Shown here piece after piece: positions 14,501 to 26,500 of a stretch of 64,000 bases of DNA. Under the pieces are notes generated by a model that worked only from the letters and a program-made list of their open reading frames with translations, was not told the DNA's origin and did not search any database. How positions within the stretch are numbered: position 1 is the first letter of the stretch; the number at the start of each line of letters is the position of its first letter. A program made the translations under genes and the position numbers. The stretch covers positions 976,786-1,040,785 of the forward strand of contig NW_018404940.1 of NCBI RefSeq assembly GCF_002113885.1, in the 5' to 3' direction. The DNA is from Mizuhopecten yessoensis (taxonomy: Eukaryota).

Positions 14501-17500
14501 CTACATTGTAAATTATCCTCAGGAGTCAGGATGATCGCTTATCATGAAAAGAATTCAGGAAAATCTTTCAGTGAAAAATTCCTCTAGGACAGTGTATAAA
14601 GATATATAGGACCAGTATTTAAGAAGCGTGTAAAGATTTTTTAAGACAATGTATAAAAAGGTCTTCTAGTATAGTTTATAAAGATATTTTGATACAGGTT
14701 ATAATGATTGTTTCATACTTAGTATAGATCTGTTAGTACAGTGAACAAAGATAAAAAAAAAAAGGGTAGACACTAAACAATATATCGACCATGTTTTATC
14801 AAAACCTTCCAAAAAATATGAAAAGAATCTTTCAAAACAAACCATAACATTCTTGAGAGATTTCATCAGATTGTCACTACAAAATCGATACTTAAGTTGT
14901 GTGAGTGTGGGAGACTGGAGTTATGACATATATAAATGATTACTTGAGGGAGTGAATAAGATTGAAGTCCGGCATCTCGTGGAGGAAGAAGGAACCATCT
15001 TGAAAGCCTGATACCAAGATGGCACTGGTTTTATGAAAGGCAGCACTTGTGAGGAAGGCAAATTTGGCTTTGGCGCCCCGAGCTTCCTTGTACGAGAATC
15101 TGCAAACATCAACAAAAATAACATTGACAGCACACAAGTTTCCATATAATTCTCCTCACTTCAACAGGAAATAATTAAAATGCCTCTGAATTTCTTGACA
15201 TACTGATAAAAAACAAAAAAATATGTGAAGTCCGAAACTTATTTTTACAATTGCAATATTATGTGCAATAATGCTACCCTGGTCAATTTTTATTTGAAGC
15301 AATGTCTAATACCTAAACAATATCTTCTTAGAATTGGCTTCAAATATTTAGAAATCAATTGAATAGGGTTGCAATGATACACGTACCTAACGATATAATA
15401 AATATCGCGATACAATGTTTAAGATATAAGCGTAGGAGTCAATCGCAACAAGCTCAGGATAAGTTGAATCTTATTTATTGGGTATGTCTACCGGAATGCT
15501 TATCTACTAATAATAACCGTGATGGAACTTTCTAGAACGTTATAAATAGATAATATCACGTGACGTTACCTGTATTACGTCACTATACACAATATAAATG
15601 TGCCCAGAATTTTAGTACTTCAGGGGACATATTTTGTTATTAAATCGTCCTGCAGAAGCCCACTGTTCGGGCGAAACCGGTAGACATACCAAATAAATAA
15701 GATTCAACTTATCCTGAGCTTGTTGCGATTGACTCCTACGCTGATTATCCTATTCTTCAATCGCCCTGCATACTGGTGGGTATCCAGGCAAGGGATAACG
15801 GAACCTACCGAACCTTAACTACAATAACGGCGTTGGCTCTACTCCTGGATCGATGTTTAAGATATGATTTAAATCTCTGCTTAATAATGATTGAGTGCAG
15901 GATTTAATCAAGTTTTATCATAGACTACAACAGTAAATACTATTGAAAAATATTTGGCATAATTTCTAGTACTTTTTGGTATGACTGCACAGAGGACCAC
16001 ACCTTTTCTGAAAGATTCAAAAGATTAAAGTACACTTTTTTAGATTTTGATAAAAATTGATCGACAATTTGAGTGTATTGTGATACATTGGCAAACAAAA
16101 CAATCTGATATGATACACAAGAAAGTATCATGATACTATACGATATATCATGCAGCCCTACATTTGAAAATGTATTTTAAATTGAAAATGAATTATATAT
16201 AATAATAAATAAAGACATGACTAGTATATGAACCAAAGGTAGTGAATCTGATTAGACTCTAATGTCAGAGTACCCAGAACTGATCTCAGCACAAATCTGT
16301 TCACTTTCAGAAAATCACCTACAAAATACATCGGCAATACAACAGGCATTTTTAAGCTACACATCGATAACTCTTTCACTACTTTAGACCATAATGGACT
16401 CATCCAGCTCAATGCATGGTAGAGTCTACTTAAGTTACACAGGGGTGAAAGGGTTAAAGCATATTTCTATAAATTCCTGTTTTTTCCCCAATTACATAAC
16501 CGGTAATCTGATGCTGTGATACGGTCAACAAATCCCTACTGTTCACAACAGCTTCTCAAAAACTACTTTTTGCACCCAATATTGTGTAGAAATATTCAAA
16601 CATTTAAACCGTTTCACTGAACAATGATGAACTTGTTATGGACTTACTTTTGTAGTTGCTGGTACATAGCTGTGGACTTACTTTTGTACTTGCTGGAACA
16701 TAGCTGTGTACTTACTTTTGTACTTGCTGGTACATAGCTGTGGACTTACTTTTGTACTCGCTGGTACATAGCTGTGGACTTACTTTTGTACTCGCTGGTA
16801 CATAGCTGTGGACTTACTTTTGTACTCGCTGGTACATAGCTGTGGACTTACTTTTGTACTCGCTGGTACATAGCTGTGGACTTACTTTTGTACTCGCTGG
16901 TACATAGCTGTGGACTTACTTTTGTACTCGCTGGTACATAGCTGTGGACTTACTTTTGTACTCGCTGGTACATAGCTGTGGACTTACTTTTGTACTCGCT
17001 GGTACATAGCTGTGGACTTACTTTTGTACTCGCTGGTACATAGCTGTGGACTTACTTTTGTACTCGCTGGTACATAGCTGTGGACTTACTTTTGTACTCG
17101 CTGGTACATAGCTGTGGACTTACTTTTGTACTCGCTGGTACATAGCTGTGGACTTACTTTTGTACTCGCTGGTACATAGCTGTGGACTTACTTTTGTACT
17201 CGCTGGTACATAGCTGTGGACTTACTTTTGTACTCGCTGGTACATAGCTGTGGACTTACTTTTGTACTCGCTGGTACATAGCTGTGGACTTACTTTTGTA
17301 CTCGCTGGTACATAGCTGTGGACTTACTTTTGTACTCGCTGGTACATAGCTGTGGACTTACTTTTGTACTCGCTGGTACATAGCTGTGGACTTACTTTTG
17401 TACTCGCTGGTACATAGCTGTGGACTTACTTTTGTACTCGCTGGTACATAGCTGTGGACTTACTTTTGTACTCGCTGGTACATAGCTGTGGACTTACTTT

Positions 17501-20500
17501 TGTACTCGCTGGTACATAGCTGTGGACTTACTTTTGTACTCGCTGGTACATAGCTGTGGACTTACTTTTGTACTCGCTGGTACATAGCTGTGGACTTACT
17601 TTTGTACTCGCTGGTACATAGCTGTGGACTTACTTTTGTACTCGCTGGTACATAGCTGTGGACTTACTTTTGTACTCGCTGGTACATAGCTGTGGACTTA
17701 CTTTTGTACTCGCTGGTACATAGCTGTGGACTTACTTTTGTAGTCGCTGGTACATAGCTATGGACTTACTTTTGTACTCGCTGGTACATAGCTGTGGACT
17801 TACTTTTGTACTCACTGGTACATAGCTGTGGACTTACTTTTGTACTCGCTGGTACATAGCTCTGTCTTCTGGTTCTGCGGTGTCCATCTCAGTTTCTGTA
17901 AATCATGTGGATCAGAAACTGTTATTTATATCACTATCACTCAACAAATTTAGAATATGTTTCCTTCCAGTTTTAAACAAATGCTAGAATCTGCGACTCA
18001 TATCTAAAGTAAATCTGTTTAATAACTCAAATACAGCACACGCAGGAGAAACGTCTGGTTTATCTAAATGTTAAACTTTGTAGGGAACATAACAAGGAGT
18101 ATTTAGACAAAGAATGTTTGGCTTCAGTTCAGGAAGTTAATGTACATGACTGAATTTCACAGAAGCTTTTGTCCTGGCGATCCCATCCAAATGGTCAAAA
18201 GAGAGACACAATCCGTTCTTAAGATCATTTAATTTCTAATTCCTGCAGAACATTTGTAAACCTGGACATAAACTTACGTTGAATTTCAATATTTTAGATT
18301 TACAAATTATTTGAATTAAATGATGAGAAATATATAAGTTGACCCTGCTGAAAGAGTATACCTTTTGAATCTGGGTTTTCTTGGTCATCCAGGTCATCAT
18401 CTTGACCTTGACCTCTGTGAACTTTGGGGATGTATGGTCGTAAATCCTCAAGCTTTGTGTCACACTCCCACACACAGAGATGGCCATTCTGACTGATCGT
18501 AAACACCTGATATGGCTAAGGAAATATACAGGCAATTCAAACTAGTCTTAACACTGGGCTTTTTAAACATCCTAATTTGCAATTATATTGATTTAATATA
18601 TGAATGCACAAACATCTTGTACAATAAACATCTAGTACAATATCTGAATGTATCCTGCAATTGTCATGCCTTTTTTTAATACTAATATGGCATCAGTGCT
18701 ATTTACATATTTGTCAAAGAACAGCAAACCAATGTAAAATCATTTTATGAATTACTTCTTATGAAGACCTGGATGATAAAAGGTACCATACCTATCACAT
18801 TGGCATTCGTCATTACAGTAAGCAGTATAGCTTTTGTTTGTGTTTTACGTCCTATTAACATCTATGGTCATTTAAGGACATGTCAGGTTATGATGGTGGA
18901 TGAAAGCAGAAGTTCCTGGAGAAAAACCACTGACCAGCAGCGAGCATCTAGTGGCTACTGACAAGTCTATGTAGGCCTCGAACCGTGATGCAGTGTTTGA
19001 GGGCTAGTGATCCAGACAGTCAACCATGCGTCCACTATGACCCAGTATAGCAATACTAGCCTAGAACAAATTGTTTCAACTATCAGGACCCCAAAAAATC
19101 TCCTCAACTAATCAACACATTGTGCAAGGATACGTCCAGGGAGTTGTAGGCGAAGTATGCAGCCACAATGGCATCATTGTGTCCCCCTAGGGAGTTGATG
19201 GTGAGGTTGGCTAGGCGCTCTACAGCATGGACCCTGGTGTTCATGTCCTTAGACCCGGCACACAGGACTCTGTAACAAAACACAATTATCCTTCAATTTA
19301 TGTCGAAACTGTCAATTTCAATAGATACTGTGTCTTTTGGTAATATCCTGTAGAACAATTGTAACAGTCAGACCAGGAGTTAAGCCCAGGACCTCTGAAC
19401 TCTAGATGGCTGCTCTAACTAATTGAGCTATCTGGTTACCAGGGATCGTCGTAGTCTAGTTTTGCTGCGTTCCTCCCCACTACACAAAGTCTTTAACCCC
19501 AGAGACACACCAGACCCTTTACCAACATTCACAGGTATATTTAGTTAGGTGTGAAATGTAACTGGAAAGGAAAACATGTGAACTTTATTTCACTTTGCAT
19601 TAAAGCATTAGAAAACATACATTGCACAGAAGGAAGTGCAGGTAAACTGTTGACAAAGCTTGATGGCAGCACATCACACGGACCAGACCAGATGCATCCC
19701 AAGGTTATGAAAGAACTTCATTCCGTTATAAACAAACATCTGATCTAAGTACCATTTTTAACAGATCACTACTTGATAGTATAGTACCAATGACATGGAA
19801 GGAAGCAAAGATAATTTAAAGAGGGTCAAAATCAAATCCAGGGAAGTAACGACCAGTAAGCATTACCAGTACTGTGGGGAAAACTCCTGAAAGATTAGTA
19901 TCAGATGCTATTGTCAAACACGTGGAGAAAAACAATCTGTTTAGTAACAAACAATTTGGATCTTCGGAACTGCAACTTTTAATGGTGCTTGAGGATTAGA
20001 CAGCAGTATTGATTTGAGGAGGCGAGATAGATATCATTTACATGGACTTGATGAAAACTTTCGACAAGGTATCACATAAAAGATTAATTGGAAAGCTCAG
20101 GAGTTATGGTATAAGTAACCAGGTTGTCAGGAGTTATGGTATAAGTAACCAGGTTGTCAATTCATTGGATAGAGAGTTTTCTAAGCCAAGGGAAACAACG
20201 TATATTGGTCGATGGAAAATTATCGAAAGAACATCCAGTAGTCAGTGGAATCCCTCAGGGAAGTGTCTTGGGTCCAGTACTGTTTGTAACTTATAAAAGA
20301 AAAGGCGACAAGAAATTATTTCTTGGCAGGAGCGGGAGAAGATAATGTTAAACTGGAGAAAATTTCACCAGAAAAGGATATAGGAGTAATGGTGGACAAA
20401 AATCTCAATTATTCATCACATATGTATACAACAGTCAACAAGGCAAACATTATACTTGGGCTTATCAGAAGATCCTTCATACATTTAAATGAAATCACAT

Positions 20501-23500
20501 TTAAACAGCTTTTCAAGACACTGGTCAGGCCACACTTGCAATAAGCAGCAAGTGTGTAGCATCCACACAAAACTGATACCTAGGCTTAAGGACCCACCAT
20601 ACAGTGACTGTCTAAAAAAAAAAGCTGTCCATCCCTATCATACCGTAGACTGAGAGGAGATACAATCAATGTGTATAAGATTATGAACAACTTCTACAAT
20701 GAAAACCTAACGTCTGGAATTTTAAACCGTGAAACCTCATCAAGGACGAGAGGGCACACACAGAAATTGAAGAAAATACACTGTAGACTAGACGCTAGCA
20801 AAATACTCATTTGGTTACAGAACTTTTGATATTTGGAATGGTCTTCCTGAATACGTTATAAATTCAACAACTATGATAGACTCTGAAATCCATTCAGAAA
20901 AACATGGGCAAAACCTAGAGCTTAAACACAATCATTTGGCTAGTTGCAAAGAGATATCCGGAAGAGACAAATAATATTACCGGTATATGTACATTGTATT
21001 GTTATAAGATATGGATATAGAGGCATCCAATGCCTGCATCCATTACCTTTCCTATTAAATTAAACTACAGCCATTTGGCAGGTTTCACTGTTAGCCAACA
21101 GGAATATGTTTGATCAAAATTGATTATTATAGTATATACATTCTATCTAGATTTCAGGTTGCTTGGATACCATCCTGTATGCAGGGCGATTGAAGAATAA
21201 ATAAAACTTAAGTTATCCTGAGCATGTTGCCATTGACATTCTATACTTGGATTTCAGGTTGATATTTTGTTTGAAGATATTAACATAATTGACCCCTGGC
21301 CACATGGCCTTGAATCTGGGTCAGGGTAATTTAATTGAACAAATTTTTATGACCTTTTATCCAATTAAATACTGATAATATCATGAATATCAAAATCAAA
21401 GCTGTCAACAATTTTTTTTTATACTCAGGAAAAAATCTGTATCTGGTTAATACTTTTCTTCAATATGATTTCATACTTTGAGTCTAAGGTCCAATCAATG
21501 CAGACTGTTTCATCATAGGCTCCCTGATATGTGCGGAACAGCTGGAATGGGTTAAACTCCCTCCTCTTACCAGGGGCATGGAACACCAGGATAACACTAT
21601 TCCTTGTCACTGCAAATTTTCTGAAGGAAACATAAGTATATAATCTTGTGAAATGCTGGCCAATATTTGAACTTTTGAAAAGAGAATATTTCTGATAACA
21701 AAGTACCAATAAACACAAGACAAATAATGTGAATGTTCATGTTATCCCTGTCAGACATTTAAGTCTCTTATGGGACAAACTTCACCTCCATATGCAAAAT
21801 CTGATTTTCCTTATCACTTATCTGAAGACTGAAATATATATACAATCTAACAATGTGTATAAAACATAGTGGGAAATCATAGGACCATAACTGAATATAT
21901 TCTTTGTCATAGTCATGTACACAGGCTAGTTTGAAGTTCTGACATCTGCAGAGTGGTCTTACTTGCCATCAGGACTGAACTTGACTTGATGCACTGGCTG
22001 GTGGAAGTGGTAAGTGCTGAGCACTGTCTTACTGATCAAACTGCACAGATAGCCTTCCCCATCTGCAAGTAATCAAGTAATATCAACAATGAAACACAAC
22101 CAAATAGAAATTCCTTCAAAATCTACAGTAAACAGTTTGCTCCCTTATCAAACAAGAGGCCCAATGGGCCTGCATCGCTCACCTGGTATTAATCTCACAC
22201 TTGTAATCTTAAAAAGTGGACTAAAATACATCTACAGGCAGAATATCAGTGTTTGATTCCTAAGAACCTATTTAAAGATTTAAACATAATTTTTTATGAC
22301 GCCTGTGACGTTGAATGTCGAACATGGACATTAGGTTGAACAGAGTTTATAGTCTTCCAACACAGCATGCATCTGGCAAAATATCATTACACTGGACCTT
22401 TTGGTTATATAGAACAAATCATTTAAAGATTTAAACATATATTGACCACTGTGACCTTGAATATGGGTGAAGGTCATTCACTTGGTAGTCCTTCATCCCA
22501 GCATGTTAATGGCCAAATATCATCACTCTTGGCCTTTTGCTTGTTAAGAAGAAGTCATTCAATGGTTTTAAACATATTTGACCCCTGTGACCTTGAATAT
22601 ATATGTCAAGGTCATTCATTTGAACAAACTTGGTAGTCCTTCATTCCAGCATGTTACTAGCATTATACTAGGCCTCTTGGTTATTCAGAAGAAGTTGTTT
22701 AAAGGTTAAAAACATATTTGACCCCTGTGACCTTGAAAAAAGATGAAGGTCATTCATTTGAACAAACTTTTGTAGCTCTTCATCCCAGCATGCTACTAGC
22801 CAAATATCATCACCCTAGGCCTATTGGTTATTCAGAAGAAGTTGTTTAAATGTTTTAAACATATTTGCCCTCTGTGACCTTGAATATAAGTCAAGGTCAT
22901 TTATTTGAACAAACTTGGTAGCCCTTCATCCCAGCATGTTACTGGCCAAATATCATCATCCTATGCCTCTTGGTTATTCAGAAGAAGTTGTATAAAGATT
23001 TTAACATATTTGACCCATGTGACCTTGAAAATGGATGAAGGTCATTTATTTGAACAAACTTGGTAGCCCTTCATCCAAGCATGTTACTGGCCAAATATCA
23101 TCACCCTAGGCCTATTGGTTATTCAAAAGAAGTTGTTTAAATGTGTTAAACATATTTGCCCTCTGTGACCTTGAATATAAGTCAAGGTCATTTATTTGAA
23201 CAAACTTGGTAGCCCTTCATCCCAGCATGACACTGGCCAAATATCATCATCCTATGCCTCTTGGTTATTCAGAAGAAGTTGTATAAAGATTTTAACATAT
23301 TTGACCCATGTGACCTTGAAAATGGATGGAGGTCATTCATTAGAACAAACTTGGTAGCCCTTCATCCAAGCATGTTACTGGCCAAATATCATCACCCTAG
23401 GCCTTTTGGTTACTGAGAAGAAGTTGCTTAAAGTAAAAAGTTGACGCCGGACGGACGCCGGACGCCGCACCATCCCATAAGCTCACTTGGCCCTTCGGGC

Positions 23501-26500
23501 CAGGTGAGCTAAAAACTGAGCTTTTAGCAAATAACGTACTGAATGTCTGTCACAAAATATGCAGATTCCTTTATTCGTCAGAAACCATTCAATTAACTAC
23601 CCTCATTTAATTCTAAGCATTTAAAACTTAACCAGGTCATCACCTCTATCACTCATCTACAATAAACGTAAGTTAATCATCACCTTCATACTAACCAGGA
23701 TCAGCAAGAGTCAATTATGTACCTTCATACTAACCAGGATCAGCAAGAGTCAATCATGTACCTTCATACTAACAGCAGATCATCACCCTCATACTAACCA
23801 GGAGTCATCAGGAATCAATCATCACCCTCATACTAACCAGGAGTCAATCATCACCCTCATACTAACCAGGAGTCAATCATCACCTTCATACTAACCAGGA
23901 GTCATCAGGAATCAATCATCAATCGCATATTAACCAGGAGTCAATCACCACCCTCATAATAACCAAGAGTCGCCAGGAATCAATCATCACCCTCATACTA
24001 ACCAGGAGTCAATCATCACCTTCATACTAACCAGGAGTCATCAGGAATCAATCATCACCCTCATACTATCCAGGAGTCAATCATCACCCTCATACTAACC
24101 AGGAGTCATCAGGAATCAATCATCAATCACATATTAACCAGGAGTCAATCACCACCCTCATACTAACCAAGAGTCGCCAGGAATCAATCATCACCCTCAT
24201 ATGAACTAACCAGGAATCACCAGGAGTCAATAATCATAATCACCTTCATATATATATATACTAACCAGGAGTCAATCATCTACCCTCATACTACACCAGG
24301 AGTCAATCACCACCCTCATACTAACCAGAAGTCAATCATCTACCCTCATACTACACCAGGAGTCAATCGCCACCCTCATAATAACCGGGAGTCAATCATC
24401 TACCCTCATACTACACCAGGAGTCACCTTCATACTACACCAAGAATCTCTATGAGTCAGTTAACATCCTCATACTAACCAAGAGTCACCAGGAGTCAATC
24501 ATCACCCTCATACTTACCAGGAATCAATCATCACCTTCATACTAACCAGGGGTCACCAGGAGTCAATCATCATCCTCAAACTAACCAGGAGTCAATCACC
24601 AACCTCATACTAACCAGGGGTCACCAGGAGTCAATCATCTTCCTCAAACTAACCAGGAGTCATCAGGAGTCAATCACCAACCTCATACTAACCAGGAATC
24701 AATCACCAACCTCATACTAACCAGGAATCAATCACCAACCTCATACTAACCAGGAATCAATCATCACCCTCATACTAACCAGGAGTCAATTATCACCCTC
24801 ATACTTGCCAGGGGTCAATCACCACCCTCATACTAACCAGGGGTCACCAGGAGTCAATCATCATCCTCATACTAACCAGGAGTCACCAGGAGTCAATCAT
24901 CATCCTCAAACTAACCAGGAGTCATCAGGAATCAATCATCACCCTCCTACTAACCAGGAGTCACCAGGAGTCAATCATCATCCTCAAACTAACCAGGAGT
25001 CATCAGGAGTCAATTATCACCCTCATACTAACCAGGAGTCAATCATCACCCTCATACTAACCAGGAATCAATCACCACCCTCATTCATACTACACTAGGA
25101 GTCACCAGGAGTCAATCATCACCCTCCAACTACACCTGGAGTCAATCATCTCCCTCATACTAAGCTTGAGTCACCAGGAGTCAATCATCACCCTCATTCA
25201 TACTAAGCTTGAGTCACCAGGAGTCAATCACCACCCTCATTCATACTAAGCTTGAGTCACCAGGAGTCAATCACAACCCTCATTCATACTAAGCCGGAGT
25301 CACCAGGAGTCAATTATCACCCTCATACTTACCAGGAATCAATCATCACCCTCATACTTACCAGGAGTCACGCATCACCCTCATATTATATCAGAGTCAA
25401 ACATTTACCCTGATACATTAGGAGTTAATCATCTACTATTATTTATATAGAGTCAATCATCTACAAAGACTCCATCACTTACCCTCATTCACCAGGATCA
25501 TGGTGTAACCATCGGGAGACAAGGCAATGCATGTTATGTTCTTTCCACTTTCTATTGGCAATGTTTCTGACCTATTGCTGAGGAGAAACAATGAGAAATA
25601 AATCTTAGAATAACATGTTTCCTTTAAAAATTACCACAGATTCATGTGATAGTGATACCATTCAAATTATTCTAAAAAAAAAATGTAGGAGTTTCTGGTG
25701 TGCAAAACATAATGTATGTATGTACAAATGCTCTTTTCAGATGAAGCTAATATGAAGCATTTAGAAAAAACATTCATTTGTCCCCAGTAAAAGAAAATGC
25801 CCCTATCACACAAATTATTTTACAGGGGCAAGGATTTGCGTTTTTTAGCATATAATTAGGAATAGATGACTTAAAAGTCTGTAAGAAATGATAATTTTCC
25901 ATCTGAACTTACTTCTTCAGATCAAATACTGTGACCCTGTTGCCTACTGGGCTGATGACACTATTTCCATCTGGTGTGAACACAACATTACCCTTTCTGT
26001 ACACTGACCCCAACAAATTGGAAAACTGCAACAGTGAAAACATTCATGTCAATAATAATGTCAGTGAAATAAATGATGTACAGGGAAAAATCACCACAAT
26101 GAAAAAAATGTATGCAGGGTAATTATAACAAACCACCAAAAACACCCCTATTTTGATTCTGGGTGAAGCAGACAATATTTTCTTAAAGAAAAAAATGGTA
26201 ACATCATACTGTTGTGGCAGATTGTATTGCATGTACATAGGATTACAGTTGCGAGGGAATTTCTAGGAACCTGCAGATTGAGGGTTCTATCCCCGGTGGA
26301 ATCACACTATTCTCTTTCCTGTTTCAAATGGTGTCTATGGTGACAGGGAGTTAGAACCTAGGTTGTGGTGTCTGAGGGCAAACACATTTTAAAAAAAAGG
26401 GGGGGGGTAGTGACAAATTTTAATTGTACAAAGGATTATGGTCGCCTTCTAGCTTAGAGCTAGAGGGAATTATCCTTTAGCTCAGTGGTAGACTGTTAGA

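Larger units (their letters stand above)
15364..16160. mobile_element. hAT-type MITE carrying a nested insertion
   Basis: TIRs TAGGGTTGCAATGATA / TATCATGCAGCCCTA; 8-bp flanking duplication caattgaa / catttgaa. Confidence 0.7.

Noticed and set aside
11423-17860. CRISPR-like regular repeats
   Set aside because: Units are head-to-tail with no unique spacers, there are no cas genes, and the context is eukaryotic introns.
24805-25098. PGVNHHPHTNQES repeat ORF
   Set aside because: Translation of the intron 3 minisatellite, antisense to PWP2.
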